Positions 41,168-54,959 are shown, numbered from the whole stretch's first letter. The stretch is 63,455 nucleotides of DNA, filler included, from Kipferlia bialata (GCA_003568945.1; 6 parts of 5 records of this genome joined end to end with filler, not necessarily neighbours in it), one strand, 5' to 3'. Made by a program: numbers and translations. Notes: generated by a model not told the origin, from the sequence alone.

Positions 41168-41404
41168 CTAGCACTGTGTGTCGAGGTCATCCTCTGAGAT
41201 GTAGACATCGTCGTCGTCCTCCACATACTCCCTCTGTCTGGCACCCAGGCCCTGGGGGTCAGGGGCATGTGTATGGCATTCATACATATCATAAACATTC
41301 ACTATATACATATCCTATACAATAGTCCATACCTCGCACAGGTCCATGTCCAGATCAAGCTCAGGCTCGGCAGACTGTACATTGGCATAGCTGGGGGTGA
41401 GATC

Positions 41405-41462
<58 letters not shown>

Positions 41463-44400
41463 TATATATATATATATACTCATTACTGCACATTGGCATA
41501 GCTGGGGGTGAGATATACATATATACATATACAAATATACCCACAGGTTAGAGAGACTAGGATACAAGTACACTATTAACAGAGGATACATGCACATACC
41601 CGAAGGATGGGGGTGCTGTGTATGCCATAGATGGCCCGATGGAGCGCTGGGGGTGAGAACTGGAACATATGGGATCGATGAGGTTTCAAAGCATATTCCA
41701 GACGGATGGTCACAGACAATGTGTTTAACATCCATAGCTAATGCACGCCACACACCTTTACACTGTTCCTGAGCTCGTCCTCATCTAGGTCGTCCTGGGG
41801 CATGCGTCTGAACGGGGTGCTGATCTGGGGGTCAGTATCACCCATACACCCTTGCATATACAGTCCTCTATATATATACTCATATACACTTCCACGCACC
41901 GTGGGCCCCACCCCTCCCATGTCTGCCCCTGTGCCTGTATGCCTAGAGGGTCTGGTAGGTCTGGTTGGTCTGGTAGTGGTGGGGGTCTTGCCCTGGCCCT
42001 TGGAGACACGGGGCTGGGGTGGGTATATATTAGAGTAGTATACATATATACATACATATTTTATCATAGAAGAGAGAGACAGAGAGAGAGAGTCTTGCCC
42101 TGGCCCTTGGACACACGGGGCTGGGGTGGGTGTGGGTATTGTGGAATAGAGATACATACAATTGTACAGGTGGTATACATGCAGCACATATCCACACCTG
42201 TATGGGCTGGGGCATGCATGGTAGTTTATAATAGTATATACATATATATACACAGTGTTGGGGGTAAAGTAAATACTATATTCAATGTGCTGACGTGATA
42301 CATCCGAACCTGTATGGGCTGGGGCATGCGCCTGCCCCTCCTGACAGGACCAGGGGGGGGCCTGGGGTGAGTGTTACAGTTACACACATATAGACATACA
42401 CATCTATACACGTTACGCACTTGATGAATGCGTTGTCGAGCCTCTCCCTCTGCTTGGTGTCACTCAGCATCAGCTCGGTGTCGGCGCTGATGACCTGGGG
42501 GTGAGGTGGCACATCTATATCTATATATTGAATATTGCATGTATATATATATAACGATACTATATCATGCCTTTGGCAGTGCAGCTAGTAAAGGGTCCAG
42601 CACGTGGCACAGTCTGTCCAGCACAGAGTATATATATATACAAGTATAAATACACACTACTCTATCTAGTACCTTAGGAAGAGCAGCCAGCAGTGGATCC
42701 AGCACATGGCACAGTCTATCTAGGACTGAGGACAGGCTCTTCTCAGAGGCAGAGTGCTGGTAGCCCCTGATGCCACGCATGCTAGGGTTAGAGGGATACT
42801 ATTCATATACACATACCCCTATAAGAATATGAGTATATATATACTCACACACTCACATTGGGTCGTTGGGTGTCTGGGCCAGAGTGGCACTGAGGGATAA
42901 TATACATATATACATGTACAGCTATATATATCACTATATACCACTATATGTATCACTATACATACACTCACATTGGGTCGTTGGGTGTCTGGGCCAGGGT
43001 GGCACTGAGGGAGGTGGTGGTCAGACGGCGGATCAGGCCGGTCTGGGGGTTAGATACACAAGATAGAGACTAGACAGAGATATAGCTACAATACTAGGCC
43101 GTCACCTTGTCCCTCTCACAAGACACGATATGAAGTACACAGAGTCAGGAAAGTGTACATATATCAGAGATATACTATGCAGTACTAGGCCGTGTCACCT
43201 TGTCCCTCTCGCCCTGTCTGAATCTGAAGTATGACACACAGTCAACCAGGAACAGCTGCCAGGCATGGGAGGCGCCCTGAGGTGAGGGGTGTATGTATAC
43301 AAACATATATTAAGGGGAAGTGGATAATATACACTATATGCACTATACCTGAGGGGTTGCCCTGTCGAGGTTGGCCGATGCCTGCTTGCTGGGCACAGTG
43401 AAGTCAATCAGCTGGTCTCCGGGGTATATCTCGGTCAGCATGCGCCTCAGGTTCTTCTGAAGGGTTTAGAGGGAAAATATACTATATCAATGAATGTATA
43501 CATGTATATACTCCTGTACCTTGATCTTCTGGATGTTGGGCTTCCTCCTCTCGTTGTCATAGAAGTGTCTGATGGCAGCCTGGGGTGAGCACGCACATAT
43601 GGATACAACAAATAATACTCATGCCATTAATGGTTATGGATTGTGAGCCCCTGGCTCCTGAGTGTCTCCATATATATATATATATGTAAATACATATTAA
43701 TATTAATATATAGGTATACATGATAGTATAAATACCTTTGTGAGGAACGTGCCAGCCCCTGGCTCCTGAGTATACGATGCATACAGATACACACACATAT
43801 ATACATATACACAGTGTATATATATACATATATATACATATATATCCATATGAATGTGTATAATATCTCATTATACACCTTTGTGAGGAATGTGAGCCCC
43901 TGGCTCCTGAGTGTCTCCACCCAGTGGCCCTGCTTCCAGTGGTTGGCATAGTGCAGGTAGAAGCCGCAGATGACTAGGGTGACCTGGAATTAGTACATAC
44001 TTNNNNNNNNNNNNNNNNNNNNNNNNNNNNNNNNNNNNNNNNNNNNNNNNNNNNNNNNNNNNNNNNNNNNNNNNNNNNNATGTATAATATAATAATATAA
44101 TGTATAATGTATTTGTATAGTGCAGGTAGAAGCCACAGATGACTAGGGTGACCTGGGAGTTAGAGGTATATACGATAGACATTCAATACTATACATTATA
44201 CACGTATAGTGCAGGTAGAAACCACAGATGACTAGGGTGACCTGGTATTAGAATGAAACATGCATGGACCTATGTGACACCCCTCCACTACACTTCAGAG
44301 TGAGTATGTAACATATAGGCTAAAAAGAGAACACAACTAATCCCACATACCTGTGCCGACGGGGAGTGTGTGGATGGCTTGGCCTTGGCAACACCTCTGG

Positions 44401-45822
44401 ACTGGGGGGTCAGAGGGGGAAGGGAGAGAGAGAGAGAGAGAAAGAGAACGTCGCTCTCACACATACACAGATATGTAATACCTGCGTGAGTGCCACCCTC
44501 TGTCTGGGCCATGTCTATTACATACCATATATACACCAAAAAACACCACATATATATATATACATCTCGTACAAAGATCACTATCCTATATACACCATAC
44601 CTGCGTGAGTGCCACTCTCTGTCTGGGCTGTGGCTGTCCAGCTGCATAGTGGCCATCGGCTGTGTAGTGGGCACCGGTGTACCTGGGGGTCAGTGAGTAT
44701 CAGTATATATACAGTGTACAGTACAGTATGTCTCCCTCTAATTACCTTGAGTGTGAGGACTGTGCCACCTCCCCAGCCGTGGCCATGTTGTATATATGCA
44801 GTATATATATAGTATATCAGATATCAGTATGTGTATATAGTATACTGTATATACCTTGAGTGTGAGGACTGTGCCACCTCCCCAGCCGTGGCCATGTTGT
44901 ATGAGGCATTGGCCATGCCCCTGTGGCCAGGGTGGGTGGGGACAGGCATGAAGGCAGGCCTGTGGTGAACGAGTATATATGTATATACCAATTATATACA
45001 TATAGAGTGAGAGAGAGAGAGAGATAGGATGGGGACAGGCATGAAGGCAGGTCTGAGGGGTAAGAAGAGGGAAGAAATGATAGAGAGACAGATACTATAG
45101 AGAGAGAGAGAGTGAGACAGAGAGTGGGTGGGGACGGGCATGAAGGCGGGGGTAAGAACCGAGAGAGAGAGAGGGCCTGTAGAGAGAGACTGCACTACCT
45201 ACTGTTGATCATGTGCCCCCCTCTGTCTGGACTGTTAGTGTTGGGGGGTACCAGGCCAGGCCATGATGTCCTGGACAGAGAGTGGATGCCCTGGGCAGTG
45301 GTCTGGGGGTGAGAAGTATAAATACACACACATGGAGGAGATAGAGAGAGAATGGCCTGGGCAGGTATACACAAAAACATATGACATGCACACCCTACCT
45401 GCAGGGCGAATGACATTGATGCCGACATCTCTGGCCGTCTCTCTCTCTCTCCCTGTCCCTGTCCCTGTCCCTGTGTCTGCTGGGTGTTGTTGTACATGCC
45501 CTGGGCACCGACACCCGGGGACACAGGGGCGGGGTGGTACCTAGAGATCAGTCATAACACATATATTTATATATACATACATATACAAATCGACACCAGG
45601 TGAGACAGGGGCGGGGTGGTACCTGGATGTATCAGAATACCCAGAGTGATAAACATATACACACATAGAAGAATGCAAAGAGAGGAGGGAGAGGGAGAGA
45701 TAATGGTACCTGTTAGAGTGGTACATGGAGGGTGATGCCGAGACCGATGAGTATGGGGAGTACCCCTGGTGGTGGGGGTGGTTGACAGGGGCATAGGGGG
45801 CCTGGGGGGTCAGAGAGAGATA

Positions 45823-45858
<36 letters not shown>

Positions 45859-46970
45859 GAGAGGGTGGGTGGGGGTGGTTGACAGGGGCATAGGGAGCCT
45901 GGAGGAGAGAGGGTCGGTGCTTTCTAGAGGTATACATCCACATGGAATGTGGATTGTCCACAGATATATATATACATACCTGCGCATAGTGGTATAACAC
46001 AAATATACATATTGATATATATAGGTAAAGTGGATTTACCATATACAAACCTGAGCATAGTGGTATGGCTGGTGTCTCATAGGCTGGACGGGGCGGGGGT
46101 CTCGGAGAACCTGTAGGTGAGATAGGTACTGTAATGTGGAAGAAGTTGAAATACAATAGTATATATATGTATATACATGTGGACACATACCTGTCTTGGC
46201 TGCACGACCCTCGGCACCCCATCACTCTGTGGGAACAGTGCCCTGGGCACGGTCTCTCTCTCTCTCTCCATGGTAGACACCTGGGAATGGGACACTGGGA
46301 TGGGCTGTGCCGGCTGCTCCAGCTTCACACTGACACCAGCAGTGGTAGAGGGAACAGTAGAGGCCACGTCAATCGAGGGGTAGGGGGGGATTGCTGGGAA
46401 GGAGGGGAAGGACGGGGCTGTGGGGTACTCCGGAACACCCCCCACTCCCCCTAGGCCTGTAGACATGGGCATAGTGGCAGAGGGCATGGCCAGGGGGTCA
46501 GGCAGACCCACCCCCATCATGCCCAGGGAGGGAGGGGGGGCAGAGACAGCGTAGTCCGTGGCTTGCCAGCCCATCGAGGGTGCGGAGTGGGTGTCGAAGC
46601 CAGAGACAGGGGCGTTGGAGGGTGGGGAGACAGGGGGTAGGTAGGGGCCAGGTCCAACTGAGGGCATGTCCAGCGAGGGGTAGGCCGGGATGCCGTTGTA
46701 GAGGCTACCTCCCATGCCCACCATGGGGTCTCTGCCCGTGTCTATGTCCAGACTGGGTCCTGCCAGGGTCTGGTCACTGGAGGGCAGGTACTCAGGCCTA
46801 TCACCAGTCTCTCCACTTGATGATGCCTTCACCGCCTCCTCGTATGTTGGCAGGGTCTCTGTGTTCGGCAGGTCCCCCAATCTCATAAACTCAAGTGCTC
46901 CGGCGCAGTCGTCCCCCTCCATCTCACATTCCCACTCTATATCATCTTGCGTGTTCTTGAAGCCTGACAT
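41168..46970 (-). CDS. Large Pro-rich hypothetical protein with a possible divergent homeodomain-like segment; many short exons
   Basis: First exon MSGFKNTQDD... (46970-46192); phase-consistent downstream exons end ...EDDDDVYISEDDLDTQC* at 41168. Confidence 0.65.
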
Positions 46971-47470
46971 GGATCCTCCTTATCCGTATCTCCTCTGGGT
47001 GTGGGTGGGTGGGTGGCAGCTGTGCGGCAGGGTCACTCTGATACGGGTGGTAGTCAGGGCGGTTGAGAGTGGCAGCTAAATGGCAGGGTCACTCTGAGTG
47101 AGGTCGGATTCAGTGCGGTAGAGAGACAGAGAGACAGCTAGTTGGAGTGAACCCCTTTTTTTGAGCAGAGAATGTCAGATCCGCCAGCCAAACGAACGAC
47201 AACAAACCACCTGACAAGATCAGCTTTCTCAGCAGGGTTTCCGGCTTCAGTGTGTACGGAGTTGTCCAGCAGTGTGTACGGAGTGTACTTGGAGCATATA
47301 GGAGCAATACTCCCCTGTGAGGAGTAGTTTCTGTTGCCCGTGCTGCGTCGTGACTGTGTCTGAGTATGTATAGTCATTCTGGGCCGTCTTCCAGTGCCTC
47401 CAGACATGTCCTAGACCAGGAGAGGCACTCTGCGGCACTGAGGGAGCTGCTCCCCTTCACTGCGGACACT

Positions 47471-50333
47471 ATGGACGATGGGGAGTTCCTGGATGCTAGG
47501 GATGACCTCTTGCCCCTGGACGCCAACATACCCCCCACCCCCCCTGCCCCTGCCCCTGTTGTGGACAGGTCACAGGAAGTGGCAGAGCTAGAGCAGGCAG
47601 TGCAGGAGGGTGAGTTGACCCATAGTGGTAATGGACCACAGTATATGTGCCCCATCACACTCAGTGTTCATTGTTCTCTGTTGTGCTTCTAGTTCATCTT
47701 AGCCTTCCCCTCACCGCCTAGGTCGTGCCCGTGAGGATGCCCTGTCTCTCAGAGTGTCAGAGCTGGAGAATGCACTGCTACATGCAAGGTATGTAGTCTA
47801 TTATATATATTGTTCACTATCGTCCCCCCCTTCCTCCAGTCTATTAGGTGTATATGTGTTGTCTCCCCCCTACCCCCAGACAGAGACACGGCACTGCAGC
47901 CAGTCTTGCTGCTAGCAGGCAGTTTGCCAGTGTGCAGGTGGGTGTCTGTGTGTATCTGTCCATGAATGGTTATCAGATGGACAATCACTACATACATATA
48001 TTTTACTATATCTCTCTGTCTATACACATTTACTAACTCCAGGAGGCCGAGGAGCAGGGCAAGCAGACCCTGCTTCTGTGTGAGTGTGGGTCAGAGCACA
48101 TGGCAGACCTGGTGGGGGAGGGGGAGGAGGGGAGGGAGGGGAGGGGGGCAGTCGAGGACTACAGACTGCACTCCCAGGTGTGTGCATGTATATATCGTAG
48201 TACTCACCCTTTGCTGGTTACGTCCTTACTTCTAGGAGCTGTATGATGCCCTGTACCTCCACCCCAACCCCTCTGCCCCTACTCTCTCTGGCCATCTGCG
48301 TGACCTGTCTGTGTCCATGGTCACAGCACTATCGGCAGCAAAGGACATGGCACAACACAGGGCGGAGGAGAGGTATCCATATTTACTATATATCTACCAT
48401 ATGTATATCTACCATATGTATATATATAGTCATACTATTTTGTATATACTCTGCAGCCAAGGATATGACATGGCAGAAAACAGATGAGAGGTATATATAT
48501 ATATATATCTGGATATCTCTCTCTTCATTTGTATACCAATGATATCAGAGAGGGAGTGGGAGGAGTTCGTAAATACCCACACTTCTATCAAGTTTTATGC
48601 GAATACTTACCCTCCAGCGCTGCTGCCCTGTCTGCTGCCGAGTCCCTGCACCACAGGCAGAGTGAGGAGGCCAGGGCCCAGTGGCACAGGGAGAGGATGG
48701 TGCGTATGTGTATGTATATATATAAGTAAGTATGTATGTGAGAGTGTTCCATTGTAATAATCCCAGGAGCTAGAGCTTGAGCGTGGCACCCTGCGTATCT
48801 AGCAATAGATGGTATATATATGTTGTATTTCTCGTATTTACCTTAGGAGCTAGAGCTTGAGCGTGACACCCTGCGCGTGGCCCTTGAGCAGAGCAGGGAG
48901 GAGGGGGAGAGGCAGAGGCAGGAGGCAGAGAGAGAGAGACAGGCCAGGGAGGCAGCCCAGGAGGGAGAGAGAGAGGCACAGCACCAGGCAGTGCAGTACG
49001 GACATCTGGTGCAGGTACACCTCTGTACATGCGTCTTATAGTCCCATTTTCTCTCTATACACACTTGTATATGTGTTTGTGTATGTCCATCTCACCCCAG
49101 TGTCTGCAGATTGAGAACCTAGTCGTCATGAGGAGACTGAAGGACATATTCTCAACAGGTACCATTACATATACATATATCAATACTCAATATACTGCTC
49201 AGTGCGTAGCATATATACCTCACTTCTAGGTGCCCACATTGACGACACCCCAGTCACAGAGGTAGAGATAGAGGGAGAGGGTGAGGTTGAGATGGTGACC
49301 CCCTCTGCACAGGGTCTGTTCCCAGTCAAGGAGGAGGAGGGTGCACCTGGCACCTCTAGTACTCATAACATGGTCCCCTCCACCCCTACCAGGCCTGCCC
49401 CTCTTAATGAGTCTGCCACCCTCGACACACCCCTAGCCATGGCTGCCGTGGAGACATGTGAGTCAACACCCCTGGCAGCTGGGAGGGGGAGGCGCTTCGA
49501 CTCATCACCTGTGAGGGGTGGTGCCAGAGGGAGGCAGGAGAGAGAGAGAGAGAGGTCGGGCAGGGTGACACCGAGACAGAGAGAGAGTGCACGGGCTGGG
49601 GTGGCCGGCAGGGAGAGAGACAGTGTGACACCACGATCTGACAGGTATGGATACACATACTGATGCTTTTGATGCTTACCTTCCCCTCCACCCCTTTACT
49701 CCCTTCGCTCTCCATATTTTAAAAATATTATTTTTACGTGTAATTATTTCTAATTATGTCTACGTAAATATTCATTCTCCCATTTACCCCAGGACACGTC
49801 CCTCGCAGGATAGCAGACGCATGACCCCCAGCAGAAGGGAGAGAGAGAGAGAGAGGGGGACACCCGTGAACAGGACCCCTGTCAACAGGACACCCACCAG
49901 CAGGGCATCCCCAAGACCCAGGGAGGGAGAGAGGGAGAGGGACAGACCCCTGCGCATGTCTGCGAGGATGGGCACCAACCAGTCTGCCTCCACAGCTGCC
50001 AGAAGGGCTGTCTCTGCATCCCCCAGGTCGAGGTCTGTGTCTAGGCGCTCTGCCACCCCTTCTAGGGACAGAGACCCCAGGACAGAGAGGGAGAGGCAGA
50101 GGCAGAGAGAGCTGCACAGGCTGGTCACTGCTCTACTGCAGAGGCTGTCTGAGGCAGGTCTCTCCCTGCCCTTAGTGTGGAGAGAGGGCCCTAGCAGCGG
50201 GTGGTACCTGGGTGACAGGAGACTGGAGCTGAGGGCGGTGTCGGGCGAGATATCGTGCAGGGTGGGAGGGGGAGGGTTCGTCCCATTCGTCGGGTACCTC
50301 CAGAGATACTGCCGCAGAACAATGAACACCTAG
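47471..50333 (+). CDS. Coiled-coil protein with C-terminal GAS2/GAR-like (microtubule-binding) domain
   Basis: Start MDDGEFLDARDD; Glu/Arg coiled-coil exons; Arg/Ser/Thr-Pro-rich linker; terminal WYLGDRRLELRAVSGEISCRVGGGGFVPFVGYL resembles GAR consensus Y..G.....VR.....MVRVGGGW..L..YL. Confidence 0.7.
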
Positions 50334-51059
50334 AGAGAGAGAGAGAGAGAGAGGGGTGTATATATGTACCAACAAGTCATGGCCGTGTGGTAGATTGGCC
50401 AGTGTATTATAGTTGACCCGCATGTGTATACATACAATGCGGGGAAGGTTAGTTGTACTCCTGGAACCGTAGTAGGAGTGTTAATTCATATTCAATAGAG
50501 GTGACGTGTAGCTGTGTCAGATCAGTATGCAACATTTGAGTTTGCACTAGTGTATTGCACCCTTTTGCGTTTTTTGGGTGGTAATTACCGACGGTCACGT
50601 ACCGACGCTACATGATTCCGTCGATCAATGGAGACGCAAGACTGATCTTGCGTCAAGACTTCTCCACTCTCTTTCGTGCCAGTGTGTCTCACTCTATCAC
50701 AGTACACATGGCCAGAAACCGCAACGCAGCTCAGCTGCACAGCAAGTACGTCGATGGAAGAGTAGCGTGTCCATCAAGTTGATTTCAGTGTTGTTAGTAT
50801 TCTATCAAGTGCATCACATTCAGAATATCTGTGCTTGGTGAGCCTTGTATACACTCTAATTCCTCTGTATTATGTATGTCCATGTATGTTCAGAGCATGA
50901 GTATGTATGGTACCACGCAGGGTACACTCGTTCATATCAAGTCATTCTGACCCTAATAGTGATCAGAGTTCCGTCGTATCCCCATTGTGAACCATCTGAG
51001 ACTCTATACACCACTCCTATCTATCCTTTTCTCCTTCTCTCACCCCTAGGAATGTGCTG

Positions 51060-51093
<34 letters not shown>

Positions 51094-51111
51094 CCTCTCC
51101 CTCACCCTTAG

Positions 51112-52753
51112 GAATGTGCTGACCCTCTCCCCCGAGGGCCTGGAGTTCCTGTCCCAGTCCAGATACCTCCTGGCCTTCTTCGACCAGTTCAGCCAGACAC
51201 TCACACAGAGGGCGGGAAGAGACATCGACTTCAACGCGGGTATATATGTATATATGTGTATATGTATACAGAGAGAGAGATATATATATACACCAGAGGG
51301 CAGGCAGGGACATCGACTTCAACGCAGGTATATACCCATATATGCTGATGGGTTTTGGATTCTGTGTGTATTGTCTCTGCCCCTCTCTCTCTGTCTCACT
51401 CCCAGCCAACAGCGACTGCTCCCCCCTCTTCTCCTCCCCCCTGCTCGGCCACCTTGTGATAGCAGTCACAGGCAGCACAGCCCAGGAGCCAACGGCAGGT
51501 ATGCAGATGAGTAATACTGGGTCACTATTGTATTATACATGCTCTCTTTATCCCGTGATATATCTATGAGTATATTGATGTGGTGCTATGTATACTCTTG
51601 CCGTTCACTCACCCCAGCCCTGTTCCGCCGCCATGTCATGTCCTCCCCCTCCACCGATGCATCCCTATCCAGTGACAGTGAGGGGGACAGCATGAGGAGC
51701 ATGGTCAGGTGGCACTACACAGGTATGGGGATTCTAATTATCCTCCCTCCCTCTCCTTCTCTCTCTCTCTTCCTTCTATACCTCTCTATCCCCTCCTCTA
51801 TCTCTCTCTCTTCTCTCTCTCTCTCTCTCTTCTTCTCCACCTCTCTCCCCCCAGCCGTCCAGTCCCTTGCCTGCTCCTCCTTTCTCTCTCCCCCTTCTCT
51901 CTCTCTCTCTCTCTCTCTCCCTCTTCCTCTATACCTCTCCCCCCAGCCGTCCAGTCCCTTGCCCTCTCCCACCCCTCCCTGCCCCAGATCACCCTGGACA
52001 CATCAGACCCATCGGGGGCTGAGATCAGGTATTCATAGTGTATACATATATCTATATTGAGAGAGAGATAGGGACAGAGAGAGAGATTACGCTGCCTCAT
52101 CCCCAGCTATATATGTATATGTCCCTGCCTTACTCTCACCCCCAGGCACTGCGTGGATGCCATGCCCGACAGCGCCCTCGGCTGTTTCGATATCAACGAT
52201 GACCTCTGCTCAGAGTCCTCAATGTAAGTGGATACATGCGTACATATCGATAATATCAAGACAGAGGGGGAGAGAGGGAGCTCTTATCTCTTTGGATATA
52301 TGTCTTATAGCCCTCATCCCAGCATGGACCGGTGCCTATAATGTGACTTTTTACATTTCTCCCTCTCTTCTCCTTCTTCTTCTTCTCTCTCTCTCTCTGT
52401 TATGATTATTCACCCCAGCATGGACACCGGTGCCTATGCCGTGTACCTGGCCTGTTTCTTCGGTCTCATGGCTGTCACACTCATCCTGGTATGTATATAT
52501 ATATGTGTATTTTTATGCATATACACACTCTTTTGATGTCATAGTACATGTATAGTTTAGTGCTATGCCTCACCACAGGTGCAGCTCCCCGCCCGTGTTG
52601 CCTACCTCAAGGGTGACGACAACACCTCTGCCCTAACCAACACACTGGCCGTGTTCAACGTGGTGTACGTGTAGAGTATATATGTATTTATATGTGTGAC
52701 TTTTGATGTATTCTTGTTCTTTGGCAGCTCTTTGCCTCTCCCATGTGGCACAG

Positions 52754-52798
<45 letters not shown>

Positions 52799-52850
52799 GT
52801 GCCTGTACTTACCCCTAGTCAGCTCTTTGCCTCCCCCATGTGGCACCGTA

Positions 52851-52891
<41 letters not shown>

Positions 52892-53392
52892 CTACCTGTG
52901 CTTATCCCCAGCCAGCTCTTTGCCTCCCCCATGTGGCACCGTATCTCTGACAGAATTGGACGCAAGCCAACATTCGTCCTCATTGCCAGTACGTACTATC
53001 AGTCTGTGCTTGTCCATTATCTCTCTCCTTCTTTGTCTATGCGAATACTACAGTTCTATACATCAGTCAACTACGCCATCTCCTTCGTTGGTCTCCCTCT
53101 CTCTGTCTCTCTCTCTCTCTTTCACCCTCAGTCAACTACGCCATCTCCTTTGTGGGCCTATATATATATATATATATATATGTATTGTATATGTATATGT
53201 ATACCATAAGTATTGTTATCTAACCCCAGTCAACTACGCCATCTCCTTTGTGAGTCTCTCTCTCCTTCTCTCTCCCCCTCTCTCTCTCTCTTACCATCAG
53301 TCAACTACGCTATCTCCTTTGTGGGCCTAGCCTTCTCCACCACATACGGGGTGCTCTTCTTCTTCAGGGCACTGTCCGGAGTTGGTGCCATT
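51112..53392 (+). CDS. Major facilitator superfamily transporter (start unresolved, 3' end cut by contig boundary)
   Basis: TM exons AYAVYLACFFGLMAVTLIL, QLFASPMWHRISDRIGRKPTFVLIA (MFS motif A) and GVLFFFRALSGVG (motif B-like). Confidence 0.8.
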
Positions 53393-53446
53393 GTACGTAT
53401 ATCTGAACATGCATACTGTGTAGAAACATTGCTTCTTGGCAACACC

Positions 53447-53497
<51 letters not shown>

Positions 53498-53597
53498 NNN
53501 NNNNNNNNNNNNNNNNNNNNNNNNNNNNNNNNNNNNNNNNNTTAATTAATTAANNNNNNNNNNNNNNNNNNNNNNNNNNNNNNNNNNNNNNNNNNNN
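53498..53597. other. Artificial contig-joining spacer
   Basis: N44-TTAATTAATTAA-N44. Confidence 0.97.
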
Positions 53598-54959
53598 GAG
53601 GGTTTAGCAATGCAAGTAAGGGGTTCAGGGGCATACATCAGGGGTGCAGGGTAAAAAATAGTCGCTAAGTCGCAGGGTGGATAATCATGCGACGCATATG
53701 CGACTTGTCGGCCGTCGCACGTCGGCCGACTAAGTCGCATGCCCACCCTAGTTAAGCCCCTCTCTGAGGGGTGCCCTTCAGCATGTGTTCGAGGTCACAC
53801 AACATCACACACGGTATGTAGCAGTTATATGTTGTCACTCATATTCTATGTAATGGCACTTACAAACAGAGATATCTGCATCGGCATCAATCAGTGTACG
53901 GCGACGTTGTCAATCAGTTGAATGCTTATAGGCACAGGAGCCTCCTGCGGCAGGACTCCTGCCAGGAGTGCTGGCATTGCTGATGGTAATCACTCATCCA
54001 CAAGGGGAAAACTGGACAACTGTGGCACCTTCCTACGGGGACTCTCCGTCGGGGAGTAAGGTCGTAGCACAGGTCATCATACGCTGTGAAGAGAAGGCAG
54101 TCTATATCATAGCACAAGTGGATGGGGTGTTCGTAGCGAGACTGTCTGCTAAGTATATTGGACAGTAGATGTTGTGATGGGAGTTGATTACTAAATTTCA
54201 CATTATAGTTTCGGACTAGTCCACTAACTGCTGGAGACACCAAAGACTTGATATAGACTTGAGTACACTCAGCAAGTAAGAGTTGGGTTTCTCTTGACAC
54301 TATGCGTCTTGTAGCAGAGAGTATGGGTATCATACCCATTGGGTATGGCATAGATAGCTGAGATTGACAGAGGCTTTGAGTACTCAAGCCTTGAGTCTCA
54401 AGGCCCTTCGGTCAAGGGTCTCCGGTGCTGCCACCACCGACTGGGGTCCCAATATGGCGCACGTTGGGAATCAGAACAGTAGGACCAGTTGGTGTTACTG
54501 CTCGATTTCTATTGAGCCTCGAAAATTACCGTGTGAACAAAGGAACATGTCCCAAACCACCGACACTACTTGTATAGATAGATGCTGAGTACGTGACGTT
54601 GCCAACCATACTGAGCACCTTGTACACGGCTACAATGTACGTAATACCCGAGGTGACGTCAACGCTGCCCGTGACAGAGAGGGCCACCCGTGACCCACTT
54701 GCTTAGCATGTCACATGATGTGACATGCTATACCAGGTCTATGGATGTCGCCCCATAACACGACGAGTGTCAAGAGTGTGAGGTCGCTTGAAAATCCACG
54801 ATTATTGCTTGACTTTCAGAAGACTATCTCATGATAATTTACTCCAGACACTTACATGGATAAATCGCCACTCACACTACTATACTCTATATCCCCCGTC
54901 GACTTTTCCCATAGTGTTGCCTATCACACAGAATTGAACGTATCCACATCCGAGTACCC

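Noticed and set aside
47020..47290. Short direct repeats (GGCAGGGTCACTCTGA x2; CAGTGTGTACGGAGT x2) in a divergent intergenic region as promoter elements
   Set aside because: Local duplications are ubiquitous in this DNA and nothing independent supports a regulatory role.
13407..53497. Many short ORFs rich in LSLSLS, YIYIYI or RERERE
   Set aside because: Translations of (CT)n, (AT)n and (AG)n intronic microsatellites.
53926..54387. Histone-fold-like helix VSRETQLLLAECTQVYIKSLV
   Set aside because: Only one helix resembles NF-Y/NC2-type folds; no convincing first helix, start or downstream exon could be built.
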